From positions 44,635 to 108,634 of the forward strand of contig CAYXNB010000001.1 in NCBI GenBank assembly GCA_964466475.1: a stretch of 64,000 bases of DNA, written 5' to 3'. Of this stretch, positions 28,698-38,162 are shown piece by piece (the first letter of the stretch is position 1; each line of letters opens with the position of its first letter). A program made the position numbers and the translations under genes. Below the pieces are notes generated by a model that searched no databases, had not been told where the DNA came from, and worked only from the letters and a program-made list of their open reading frames with translations. This stretch comes from an uncultured Candidatus Saccharibacteria bacterium (GTDB taxonomy: Bacteria; Patescibacteriota; Minisyncoccia; UBA6257; GWB1-50-10).

Positions 28698-30601
28698 ATG
28701 TCCTTGTTTCGGACAAGCATTTCTATCTTCGACCCGTATTCCCGGTCTTCTGTTATTTTCCATACTTTCCATCCCAGCCCTTCCAGCTCCCTCCGCAAAG
28801 CGTCGCCTTCCGCGAGATCGGAAATCATGACGAGGCGGATTCTTTTGTCTTTGTCTATCCCCCGCGCCCTGTTTCCCCCCTTTTCCACGAAATCATAAAT
28901 CGCCTTCTCCTTTTCGGTTTCTTCTATGCTCCAGCGGTATTGTATCTGGGGAAAGACACCGTAGGTTACTCCCGCGACATACACGCTTCCGGCATATCCT
29001 CCTTTTTTTGCCTCTTTCATCGCATCACGATACGGATGGGGAATCTCCGAGAGAACGTGGTATTCCCCCCTCTTTTTTATAATTTCCGAAAATGATACTT
29101 TCAGATCTTCTGCCGGAATATTCAGCCGCGGCAGATCGCGAAACGTCCGTATGTTAAAGATAATAAGGAGCGCCGCAAGCGACGCGAAGCAGCCCCTTCC
29201 CCACCTTCCTCTTCGCGCGCACTCCCGGCCGATCAGCGCGAGACCGAGTACCGCAAGAGGAGCCACGTATTCCGCCTGATATCTGCCGATCCCCCAGAGG
29301 CCCGGGTGTATGGAATAAAACATGTATGCTGAAACGGCCATAAGCGACACGATGCCTGCTCCCCGCCTCAGGTCCCTTGAAAAGAGAATCGCCCCTGCCG
29401 CCGCCGCCACAACCCACGGCAGGAAAACAGAGTTTTCTATCGCGTTCCATACGATTCCCGTGCGGATTGCGTACCAGACCCGCATGATTCCAATATCCGC
29501 GTGCGGGATGTCCAGCCCTCCCGCTTCCGGCACATACGATGCCGTTGTGCCGTAAAGCAAACTTTTTGCCGCAAATGGCACCATAAGGAGGATCGGCGCA
29601 AGGGTCATCATAATCCTCTTTATGTCCCGTTCTTTCGTCTTCCAGCAGTGCGCCGCGTACCATATACCGAGAGGGACTATTGCGCCCATTGCCGACTGCC
29701 GCATAAGCGAGGTAATCGAAAGAAGCGCGAACCACCAGAAAAATGCATTTTCTTTTTTATCTTCGTCTTTTTCCGAAAACGAAAGGAGGAGGGCGGCCCA
29801 AAAAAGGGCTGCCCAGACGGACTGCTCCACAATAACGCCCGCGTGCCAGAGTACCGGAATGGTGCCTACCGCAAACGCGGCAAGGCGCGCGCCCGTTTTT
29901 CCGGCGTACGCGCGCGCGTAGCGATACACAACGAACATGATCCCCAGAAGCGCCGCGAATGCGGCCAGCCGAAAACCGAGACTCGTCATGCCAAAGATCG
30001 TCCCTCCCAGCCAAAGCGGGACGAAACGAAGAGGCGGGTGGGTTCCTTCGCTTCCCCCGAGGAGTATGACCGCACTTCTCGCCGCAAGAAAGACGCTGCC
30101 CCACGCGACAACTCGCGTCCACGCGCTTCCTTTTTTCCCCAATTTCCAAAACATATACGCTCCGGCGGCTATCGCGATATTTACGAAAACAATCGCGTCC
30201 GCATAAGCCGCGTTTCCGAACCATGCCGGCATATATCCGGCGAGTGTCTGCACTATTTTTATACCGGGCAATTCGGATCCCCCCGCGTGCGAAAACGCGT
30301 CTCCGACCATGGGGCGAAGGAGCGCGTTCCACGAAAGCAAAACCATGCCTGCGACAAACAAGACCGCGCTCCACGCGTCCTCTTTTCGGAATATAAACGT
30401 TTTCACATATGTTCCCTTTTCCGCGTGAAACGTAAAAAAGACAAATATGCCGAGAAGAAGCACGGCAAGGAGCGCGTTCCAAACCGCACCGAGCCCTCCG
30501 GTCAGCGCGCCAAAAAGCCCGTAATTCCAAAAAAAGGCGAAGGCGAGTATTCCGAAAATATTTACGCGAACCGCGTATTCTTTTTGTCGCTCTATATTCA
30601 T
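28694..30601 (-). CDS. GT-C superfamily polytopic membrane glycosyltransferase (ArnT/PMT-like) with C-terminal soluble domain
   Basis: More than 12 hydrophobic helices over 470 aa followed by about 170-aa soluble domain; paired with DPM1-like GT2 as in ArnC/ArnT, GtrB/GtrC and Dpm1/PMT systems; start at MNIERQKEY. Confidence 0.5.
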   Translation of the reverse strand: MNIERQKEYAVRVNIFGILAFAFFWNYGLFGALTGGLGAVWNALLAVLLLGIFVFFTFHAEKGTYVKTFIFRKEDAWSAVLFVAGMVLLSWNALLRPMVGDAFSHAGGSELPGIKIVQTLAGYMPAWFGNAAYADAIVFVNIAIAAGAYMFWKLGKKGSAWTRVVAWGSVFLAARSAVILLGGSEGTHPPLRFVPLWLGGTIFGMTSLGFRLAAFAALLGIMFVVYRYARAYAGKTGARLAAFAVGTIPVLWHAGVIVEQSVWAALFWAALLLSFSEKDEDKKENAFFWWFALLSITSLMRQSAMGAIVPLGIWYAAHCWKTKERDIKRIMMTLAPILLMVPFAAKSLLYGTTASYVPEAGGLDIPHADIGIMRVWYAIRTGIVWNAIENSVFLPWVVAAAAGAILFSRDLRRGAGIVSLMAVSAYMFYSIHPGLWGIGRYQAEYVAPLAVLGLALIGRECARRGRWGRGCFASLAALLIIFNIRTFRDLPRLNIPAEDLKVSFSEIIKKRGEYHVLSEIPHPYRDAMKEAKKGGYAGSVYVAGVTYGVFPQIQYRWSIEETEKEKAIYDFVEKGGNRARGIDKDKRIRLVMISDLAEGDALRRELEGLGWKVWKITEDREYGSKIEMLVRNKDI

Positions 30602-31779
30602 GTATTGCGTTTTCGTAAAATCACGCGTCTCTGAAGCGCCAATACGTTTGGAGCCGCGCGCGTCAGGATCCCGTCTATTGCCCGCACTACCCGCAAAAGC
30701 GCGCGGGGCAGCGGAAGAGAAATCGTGTTCGCGATTACTCCTCCGGAGTTGAGGAAGAGGAGGCATTCCGCCCATTCCTGTTTTTCCATATCGAAATACG
30801 GAACGCCCTTCCTGAACTTTTCCGCGTCGTCAAACAGCAGATTCGGGATCGCGCAGTTTGCGGACCAGGGATCTTCAGGGTCGTTGCACACGGATTTCCG
30901 GTCAAATACGTCCACCTCAAACGAATACCCTTCGTGGCGCATAAGGCGGAGAATAAAGCGCATCAAAAGCGACGCGTTTATTTCCTGAACATAGAGCCGT
31001 CCTCCGGGTTTTAAAATCCTGGCCATTTCCTGAAAAAATTCAAGCGGGCGCGCAAGGTGGTGGATCATGTTGTTTGAAACCACGAAATCGAATTCCGCGT
31101 CCCGGAAGGGTGTGCGGAGCGCGTCCACGTTTTTCGCGTCGAGCCAGGGGTGGTCCGCGCAGTCGGTCAGAAGAAATGATTTCGCCCGTATGAATTCTTT
31201 TGCCACGCCCGAACCGCATCCCACCTCGATCCCGCGTTCATGTTCCCCGATCTGCGCGCCCATCCATCCATACCGCTCGGCGAGCAGGAACTTCAGGTTC
31301 GGAGACCCCGGTCCGTAAAAACGCTTTCGCGCGGCTTCCACGTCCCCTTCGTGCCGCATCCGGTTTTCCTCATGACGCGCCCGATACGGGGCTCGGAGAA
31401 CTCTCCCCATAAACGGCAAGTCGTGGAATACGATGTATTTTAAGACGATAAAATTTATCGTTGCCGCAAAGCCGGTTGCCGCGGCATAGGCGAAAAGAGG
31501 AGACCCCAATACGCGAAGAAGGACGGCGTTTACCGCCACGTTGCCTCCCAGGGTTATCGCGTAGAGCGCGATGAATTTGATTATTTCACGCCTTGTGATC
31601 TTTTTTCTGCCAAATGTCCAAAACGCGTTTAGCGCGTATGATGCCGCGATGCCGCACAGAAACGCGATTGCCTTTGCCGCCGAAGGGTCGAGTCGGGAAA
31701 AAAGAAAGGCATAGACCCCGGCGTCAATAGCGAGAACCGCGAATCCGGAAATAATGAATTTTCCCGCTTGATTTCTCAT
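30598..31779 (-). CDS. GtrA-like 4-TM domain fused to class I SAM methyltransferase
   Basis: N-terminal 120 aa four-helix GtrA-family topology (FIISGFAVLAIDAGVYAFLF...FIVLKYIVF); C-terminal IEVGCGSGVAKEF (motif I) and ILKPGGRLYVQE. Confidence 0.6.
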   Translation of the reverse strand: MRNQAGKFIISGFAVLAIDAGVYAFLFSRLDPSAAKAIAFLCGIAASYALNAFWTFGRKKITRREIIKFIALYAITLGGNVAVNAVLLRVLGSPLFAYAAATGFAATINFIVLKYIVFHDLPFMGRVLRAPYRARHEENRMRHEGDVEAARKRFYGPGSPNLKFLLAERYGWMGAQIGEHERGIEVGCGSGVAKEFIRAKSFLLTDCADHPWLDAKNVDALRTPFRDAEFDFVVSNNMIHHLARPLEFFQEMARILKPGGRLYVQEINASLLMRFILRLMRHEGYSFEVDVFDRKSVCNDPEDPWSANCAIPNLLFDDAEKFRKGVPYFDMEKQEWAECLLFLNSGGVIANTISLPLPRALLRVVRAIDGILTRAAPNVLALQRRVILRKRNT

Positions 31780-31785
31780 GAGATG

Positions 31786-32601
31786 CTACGCCATTGTATC
31801 GAAAAATTTTTTCCATGCCGCATCCGCTCCCGTTTTCACCTCCGCTTCGCCAAAAACGCGGTACCGATATTCCCGCTCTTCGTATGCGTAGAGGTCCTCG
31901 GGCTTTCCCCACCCTACATAAAGATCTACGTCAAATATCACACTCTTTTTCCCCATCGCCCTGTAGAAGGCGGGCATGGAGTCCACGTAGAATTCGTTAT
32001 TTACCCTCGCCTCCGCCCGCACCATGGCGTCATAGCCCGCCAAAAAATTTTTGGCGCTTTTGAAATAAAAAGAAGCCACAATGGCGTGATCGTTATACGG
32101 ATTATCCGACACCGGAATTTTTACCGATACGTCTTCAATTGTTTTTTCATCTTTTTCCAGGCGCAGCCAACCCCACGCTTCCGGCTTTTCCCTCAAAAGT
32201 TCGTTTTTGGTAAAGGTCCAGATTACGGCATCCGCTTCGCTTTTTAGGGCGACGAACCTGTCTTCGTCGTACAAAAAACTATTGTCGCACGCGGCGATAA
32301 ATACTTCTTCTTCCGGAGGGAGGGTGCGGACCGCGCACGCGGAGGTTCCGGCCTGACCAACCGGATTTTCTTCCACCATCACTTCGGCATTCGGGACCTC
32401 GCGCCTTAAAAACTCGCCCAGCCGGAATTCCTCCTCGTGTTCCTTCCGTACCACGAATATGATTTTTTCGCTTTTCGGCAGACGCTCAACTGCCCGCAGA
32501 ATCATGGGCTTGCCCGAAACCGGAATAAGAGGCTTCGGCAAAAGATAGCCGCGGTCGGCAAACCTTTTGCCCTTCCCCGCCATGGGTACGATAGTTATCA
32601 T
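31786..32601 (-). CDS. Sugar/polyol-phosphate nucleotidyltransferase (NTP_transferase fold), paralog A
   Basis: IVPMAGKGKRF...YLLPKPLIPVSGKPMI N-terminal nucleotide-binding signature; substrate not assignable. Confidence 0.55.
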   Translation of the reverse strand: MITIVPMAGKGKRFADRGYLLPKPLIPVSGKPMILRAVERLPKSEKIIFVVRKEHEEEFRLGEFLRREVPNAEVMVEENPVGQAGTSACAVRTLPPEEEVFIAACDNSFLYDEDRFVALKSEADAVIWTFTKNELLREKPEAWGWLRLEKDEKTIEDVSVKIPVSDNPYNDHAIVASFYFKSAKNFLAGYDAMVRAEARVNNEFYVDSMPAFYRAMGKKSVIFDVDLYVGWGKPEDLYAYEEREYRYRVFGEAEVKTGADAAWKKFFDTMA

Positions 32602-32661
32602 TTTTTCATACTATGCTTTTGCATCCATACTCACAAGATGTTTCTCTCTCATTCCGTGAAA

Positions 32662-33471
32662 CTACCCCCGAATCCAGGCGGGGATTGCTACCACGTTTTC
32701 CCCTCGCGCTTTTTGGAAAACCTCGAGAGTCTCCTCTTTTACCACATAAAGCTCGTATCCCAATCGCGTCAATAAGCCAATCGCTTCCTTTATTTTATGC
32801 TCAAACTCCTCCACCGAATTCGTATATTCAAATAAAATGATCGGCTTGTGTTTTTCTATTATTTCTTTTCCGCTCAGTATCACTCTTGCGTCCGATCCGT
32901 CCGTGTCTATTTTTATAAAATCTAATTTTTTGAACGTTTTGCAAAATCTGTCGAGGGTAACGGTTTGCACACTTATTTTTTCCGTAAGTTCATAATTTTC
33001 CGGATATAAACTCGCGCTTTTGTTATGCATATTTTCCCCGGGGGAGTACAGGGTCATTGTTTTTTCTTCATTGTATATAGCAATTTCGTAGCAAGTAACA
33101 TTTTTTAGTTTGTTTAACAGCAAATTTTTTTTCAATCGCTTCATGAACTCTGGATGTGGTTCTATCGCGTGTACACACTCGGAATATTTTGCCATGGGCA
33201 AAGTATATATCCCCATATTCGCTCCGATATCCAAGCATACCGAACTTTTTGTGAGGAAATACTCAAGTATCCATATAACATCGTTTTCGTACCCTCTATC
33301 CCAGTATAATCTCCAATCCATTAAACGGCTCGTATCGCAGTGGATGAGCATTTTTTTGTAGGGGATGATGCCGACAAATTGGTTTTTCCCTCCCGGCCGG
33401 TCAAATAGCCGTATTATCCTGTGTCTTCCTTTGAATTTGACGTTCCGTAAAAAATCGCGTAGTCGGTTCAT
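32662..33471 (-). CDS. FkbM-family methyltransferase
   Basis: CLDIGANMGIYTLPMAKYSECVHAIEPHPEF matches Methyltransf_21/FkbM motif; gene is markedly AT-richer than neighbours. Confidence 0.65.
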   Translation of the reverse strand: MNRLRDFLRNVKFKGRHRIIRLFDRPGGKNQFVGIIPYKKMLIHCDTSRLMDWRLYWDRGYENDVIWILEYFLTKSSVCLDIGANMGIYTLPMAKYSECVHAIEPHPEFMKRLKKNLLLNKLKNVTCYEIAIYNEEKTMTLYSPGENMHNKSASLYPENYELTEKISVQTVTLDRFCKTFKKLDFIKIDTDGSDARVILSGKEIIEKHKPIILFEYTNSVEEFEHKIKEAIGLLTRLGYELYVVKEETLEVFQKARGENVVAIPAWIRG

Positions 33472-34376
33472 GTTTTATGTTTTGCCATTTTAAGATAATT
33501 TTCCCAATAGCAAAATATTTGGTCCATCTCGCTCTTCGAAAGAGGCGAGGGTCTGTCTTTTATGTCCGCGGGGCAGTTCTCCGGAACTTCTCTCTTTTTT
33601 TTGTTTTGTTCCAAAAAATTACACACTATACGCGTCCAAAACTCGTACTCCCGCAGGTCTTCGGGCGTGCCCCACTGGAGAAAATGGGATATCTTGTCGT
33701 ACACGCCGACACGGAGTCCGTCCTCGACGAGCAGGTTGTATACCAAACTGACGTAATATTCCCCTCCGAAACCCCTGTCTTGCCTTACGCATTCTTCAAA
33801 ATATTTTTTTACGTACGCCCCCTTCCTGAAATAATACGTGCCCGGAGAATGCATGGACTTCATTTTATCCTCTTCAAACGAATGTTTTTCCCTGATTTCC
33901 CTCAAAAGGCCTTGCGCGCCAACGCGCACGCTCGCGTACAGATTTTTTTCGCGGAGGAGGTGAGGATGGAATCCGGTATAGACCGGAACGCAGCCGTCAA
34001 AACCTTCCTCTGTCATTTTGTGGCAAAAGTCTCCATAATCCCATTTCATAAAAAAATCGCAATAGTTCACGATCACCGGCTCCTCGTCTTCGATGTACCT
34101 GCTTGCCGCGAGTGCCGCGGGGACCGGTCCGGGCACGATCGTTTCCACGACCGCGATCTTCGCTTTCGGTTTCTTCTTCATAATTACTTCTTCCATATTC
34201 GTTTTCTCCAGATGCTCTTTTCTGCATACGCAGACCACGTCTTCTTCTCCCGGAAACAGATCAAACACCCATTCGATCATGGGTTTCCCGTCCACGGGGA
34301 TAAGGGGCTTGGGGAGGAGGTATCCGGCATTTTTGAACCGCGCCCCCTCTCCCGCCATTGGTATAACTATTTTCAT
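33468..34376 (-). CDS. Sugar/polyol-phosphate nucleotidyltransferase (NTP_transferase fold), paralog B
   Basis: IVIPMAGEGARF...YLLPKPLIPVDGKPMI; 302 aa with C-terminal extension. Confidence 0.55.
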   Translation of the reverse strand: MKIVIPMAGEGARFKNAGYLLPKPLIPVDGKPMIEWVFDLFPGEEDVVCVCRKEHLEKTNMEEVIMKKKPKAKIAVVETIVPGPVPAALAASRYIEDEEPVIVNYCDFFMKWDYGDFCHKMTEEGFDGCVPVYTGFHPHLLREKNLYASVRVGAQGLLREIREKHSFEEDKMKSMHSPGTYYFRKGAYVKKYFEECVRQDRGFGGEYYVSLVYNLLVEDGLRVGVYDKISHFLQWGTPEDLREYEFWTRIVCNFLEQNKKKREVPENCPADIKDRPSPLSKSEMDQIFCYWENYLKMAKHKT

Positions 34377-35371
34377 ACTCCTTTCATAAGGCGGACCCTC
34401 GCCTTTTCGCTTTCCATTTCACGGAGCCGGCGCCGCTCTTCCTCGGGAAGCCCCTGCCATGACCACCCCCTCCGCGCGATCTCTTCCATAATGTAGAGCC
34501 AGGCAACCAAAGTTTCTTCTTTTGCGAGAGATTCCGCCTCCCCCCCACGGTAATATATCTCCCCGTTTTCTTCCACCGCCATATCGCCGCAAAACACTTC
34601 CTGATCCGGAAAAAGGACCGCTTTTTGAAATTTCTTCATGTATTCCGGATTTTTTCGTGCCATCTCCCGAATATATTCCGTGCCGCTTTTCCACCCGCCT
34701 TCCGGCGCCTCTGCCATCCGGCGGACCACCCTCACCTCCGGATACCCGATCTCTCCGCCCTCGCGGAGCGCCTCATGCAGAGCGTCATGAAGACCCAGGG
34801 CGCGAGATGCGCTTTCTGCCGTTGTAATTACTCCGTGATTTTCCAGTATCCATACGCCGATATTTTCTCTTTGCCTTTTCTTTTTCTCTTCCCGTATCGC
34901 TTCCGCGAGCGGAATTCCTGGCGTACAGTACGGAATCCATGCCCAGGGCGCGCCGATCTTTTTTCCCGCGTGTTTTATCGCATCCCTTCCCTCTTTCGCG
35001 CAGGCAAAGACGTTTCCATAGACAGAATGTGTGTGGATCACGAAATTATCGAGAAGGGCATGAAACCCGGTTTCTATGGAGGGCCGAAGCGACTTTCCTC
35101 CGGAGTCCACGATCAGTTTTCCGAACGCCTCCTCTTCTCTCATTTCCTGCCACAGAGTTCCCTCGTAATAGGCGCGCGACTCTTTTTCCCGAAGCATCAC
35201 GATACCGACATTTTCTTGCACGTCTTCCAAACGATATCCCGATGCCTTGATCGCCATTTTTCCCTCTCCCTTTACGGAAATGTTCCCTCCCCCGCCCTGC
35301 ACAAAATCGGGACGCCCCCCCAGGACGCGCGCGATCCGCTCGATCTCTTTTGTGCCTTCCTTTATATCCAT
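34373..35371 (-). CDS. Class II aldolase/adducin-domain protein (fuculose-phosphate aldolase / ribulose-5-P 4-epimerase fold) with C-terminal extension
   Basis: GGGGNISVK N-terminal motif and RPSIETGFHALLDNFVIHTHSVYGNVFAC (metal-binding His cluster); start at MDIKEGTKEI. Confidence 0.6.
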   Translation of the reverse strand: MDIKEGTKEIERIARVLGGRPDFVQGGGGNISVKGEGKMAIKASGYRLEDVQENVGIVMLREKESRAYYEGTLWQEMREEEAFGKLIVDSGGKSLRPSIETGFHALLDNFVIHTHSVYGNVFACAKEGRDAIKHAGKKIGAPWAWIPYCTPGIPLAEAIREEKKKRQRENIGVWILENHGVITTAESASRALGLHDALHEALREGGEIGYPEVRVVRRMAEAPEGGWKSGTEYIREMARKNPEYMKKFQKAVLFPDQEVFCGDMAVEENGEIYYRGGEAESLAKEETLVAWLYIMEEIARRGWSWQGLPEEERRRLREMESEKARVRLMKGV

Positions 35372-37482
35372 GATTCTTGCGATTTCATCCGCCCAAATAT
35401 GACATAGACGAGAAGAATCTGAATCACGCCTTCGTGCCCATTTTTCCATTCCGGGTCTTCCCGCGCTGCGTCCCAAAGCTCCGGAAGGATCCGGTAGGCG
35501 ATTTTTTCTATCGCTTCTTTCGATATATCTCCCCGAATCTCCCCCCGCTGCCTTTCCTCAAAGAGTTCGTGCTCCACGCCCATTCCCTCTTCCGCAAGCG
35601 CGACAAGGAGCGGGTCCATACCCACGCTGTTCGCGCATTCCCAGCCGATGATTACGGAACGTTCTCCATCCCCGCTTTTGGGCGCGATTATCAGGTCCGC
35701 GTATTTTTTCTGCGCCTGTATGAATATCCGATCCTTTTCCCGTTTTTTTATCTGCTCAAGCACGCCCTCCTTCGCCTTGCCGCGCTCCCGCATGTCCCGC
35801 TCCATTTTCCAGCGCAAACGCAGGTCTTCGTCCGTATCCATAAACACCCTCATGTCGAGACGCCTTCTCATGCTTTCCAAAAACAAAGAATGCAGGCCTT
35901 CAAAAACAACAATCCGCTTGGACTCCAGTTTTTCCGGCAGAGTAAATCTGCCCGAGGAGTGGTCGTACCTTCTTCGTTCTACCGGACGCCCCTCCTTTAA
36001 CTTCGCCACGGATTCCACTTCTCCGTGAAGGTTGTTCGCGCGGGGATCGAGGTGCGTGAAGGCTTTCCACGCCTCGTGCCCCCGCTCCCATTTGTGCGCG
36101 TCATCCCCTTCTATGATCGCGGTGTTTTTTTCGCCGAACACGGCGCGCAAAAAACGCGCGACCGTGCTTTTACCGGAACCGGAATCACCCGAAATTCCCA
36201 CGAGATAGGGCTCGTAGTATATTTTGTATTTTGTATTGCTCTCCACCCCTTTTTTATAAATCCATATCACATTTACGAGAAGCGCGGTCTGCAGGAGAGT
36301 AAAGATGATCCGGAGAATTTTTTCCGCACTCCATCCGGCTCGCGCAAGAACCGCGTACGCGCGGGGAATGACTCCCGCGGACTCCGGCGACAGGGGGAAG
36401 AACGCTCCGGGAATATCCGAGTTCGGTACAAGGAGGAAGAAGAGGATGTAGAGTGCTTGCAGAGCCGCGAAAGCGTATCGGGGCGCGTTTTCTTGCTTTA
36501 TGTAAAAATACAGAAGGAATGGCAGTACCCAGTAGTACCAGCCGGGCATGGGCGCGATGAGCGCGGTCAGTATCCCGAAACTAAATCCGAGAAACATAAG
36601 GAATATGTCGCGATTATACCGCCGAAACGCCAAACTTCTCACGAAGAGCGCGACATAGACCGCGGGCACGATGTAGATCACCGCCCCCGCTCCAAGGACT
36701 ATTTTCAGGTCAAAAATCTTCTCTCCCTCTTCTCCTCCCGTTATCACGCGGCGAAATTCCGCCGAAGAAAGGAAGGGCGCGTTTGCCAGAATCCATGTTC
36801 CGAATGTCAGGCAAAAAAACGCTCCCGCCCTCCGGAGCCCGCCCGCGCCGATCCGAAATACGTACACAAGAGTAAAAGGGACGAGCGCCAAAATATGAAT
36901 TTTCGCGGCAATGGCGATACCAAGGAACACTCCCGCCTCTTTCCATTTTTCCTTGCAGAGGAAGTACAGAGCGACGAAGAGGAACATGATGGGAACGGAA
37001 TCCAGCTGTCCGTGCACGTAGTTGATATAAAAAAGGACCGGAGAGCACCAATAATAGATGAGAACTTTTTTCTCCTTTCCCTTCAGCCATCGCGCGAGAA
37101 TAAGCAAAATAACAATATCCGCGAAAAGGATCGGCAAGCGGTAGAGAAAAAGATCGAGATGAGAGATTCCTTCCGCCGCCCGCATGATCGGAGCAAGCAA
37201 TATGCCCGGAAGCCCGACAAACCAGAGCATGATCGCGCCATACGGAAAGTGGGCCGCTCCGCCCGCGCTCGCGAAATACTCATAAGGATTCTGGAACCCG
37301 CTTTGCCCGTAGTAGTTCAGAAAGGGAATAAAAAGCCGCGTTAAAAATTCCGACCCGAAGAGCGCGGCCGCAGCGAGTTTTATTCCGAGCGCCGCCAAAA
37401 AAACAGGCGATTTCAAAATACCCACCTTTGATCTGCCGTCTTTTTCTCTTAATGCGCCGCCTGCTTTTCGTATCCAGTTCAT
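35362..37482 (-). CDS. Fusion protein: N-terminal polytopic membrane domain (GT-C/DUF2029-like, about 420 aa) + C-terminal uridine-kinase/phosphoribulokinase-family P-loop domain
   Basis: C-terminus YLVGISGDSGSGKSTVARFL (Walker A), YDHSSGRF, IVVFEGLH, DMRVFMDTDEDLRLRWKMERDMRERGK match Udk/PRK family point by point; N-terminus more than 10 TM helices. Confidence 0.6.
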   Translation of the reverse strand: MNWIRKAGGALREKDGRSKVGILKSPVFLAALGIKLAAAALFGSEFLTRLFIPFLNYYGQSGFQNPYEYFASAGGAAHFPYGAIMLWFVGLPGILLAPIMRAAEGISHLDLFLYRLPILFADIVILLILARWLKGKEKKVLIYYWCSPVLFYINYVHGQLDSVPIMFLFVALYFLCKEKWKEAGVFLGIAIAAKIHILALVPFTLVYVFRIGAGGLRRAGAFFCLTFGTWILANAPFLSSAEFRRVITGGEEGEKIFDLKIVLGAGAVIYIVPAVYVALFVRSLAFRRYNRDIFLMFLGFSFGILTALIAPMPGWYYWVLPFLLYFYIKQENAPRYAFAALQALYILFFLLVPNSDIPGAFFPLSPESAGVIPRAYAVLARAGWSAEKILRIIFTLLQTALLVNVIWIYKKGVESNTKYKIYYEPYLVGISGDSGSGKSTVARFLRAVFGEKNTAIIEGDDAHKWERGHEAWKAFTHLDPRANNLHGEVESVAKLKEGRPVERRRYDHSSGRFTLPEKLESKRIVVFEGLHSLFLESMRRRLDMRVFMDTDEDLRLRWKMERDMRERGKAKEGVLEQIKKREKDRIFIQAQKKYADLIIAPKSGDGERSVIIGWECANSVGMDPLLVALAEEGMGVEHELFEERQRGEIRGDISKEAIEKIAYRILPELWDAAREDPEWKNGHEGVIQILLVYVIFGRMKSQESWI

Positions 37483-38162
37483 TGCGTTTCTTCCATTACC
37501 ACGGAGGGGATTCCGGCTAGTTCCGCGCCTTTCGCGTCCTTTGTTTCCGCGTCTCCTATCATGATCACGTCTTCGGCGCGCATGCCCAACTTGCGAAGCG
37601 CGAGGGCGAATATCGGCCTGTCCGGCTTTTCCGCTCCCGCCTCTTCGGAAGACGCCATCGCGCGCAGAAGTCCGTCCAGGCCCAGGCGCTGTATTTTTTT
37701 CATCTGAATACGCGCGGTCATGTCCGTTACGATAACTACGGGCTTTCCGGCTTTTTTACACCACAAAAGAAATTCTTGCGCGCCCTTTCTTGCCCGCATG
37801 GCGCTCAAAAAATTCTTCCAATACGCTTCTTCCATTGCGAGAACTCTCCCCGTCCGGAGCGCGCCTTCTTCCTTTTCCACGTACCGCTGAAAGTATAATA
37901 CCCTTGAGTGGCACGCGGCCTGCGCCGGAATATGTTTTTTCACCTCGGCCCGCGCCTCCCGGTACGCCTCTTCAAATTTTTGGAAGGATATGTTTTTTCC
38001 TTTTCGCGCCTCTTTCCATGCCGCGCGGAGTGCTTTTTTGTGGCACCTCTCGTAGGAGTAGAGCGTGCCGTCCAGATCAAGGAGCACCCCCTTCGCCCCT
38101 TCCACGAGGCGCCTTACCTCCCTGAACGACGAGGCGCGGGTCTGCCGCATATTATGTTTCAT
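37479..38162 (-). CDS. HAD-superfamily hydrolase
   Basis: Motif I VLLDLDGTL, motif IV IMIGDAETKD; start at MKHNMRQ with ATGA overlap; track N-terminal extension discarded. Confidence 0.65.
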   Translation of the reverse strand: MKHNMRQTRASSFREVRRLVEGAKGVLLDLDGTLYSYERCHKKALRAAWKEARKGKNISFQKFEEAYREARAEVKKHIPAQAACHSRVLYFQRYVEKEEGALRTGRVLAMEEAYWKNFLSAMRARKGAQEFLLWCKKAGKPVVIVTDMTARIQMKKIQRLGLDGLLRAMASSEEAGAEKPDRPIFALALRKLGMRAEDVIMIGDAETKDAKGAELAGIPSVVMEETQ

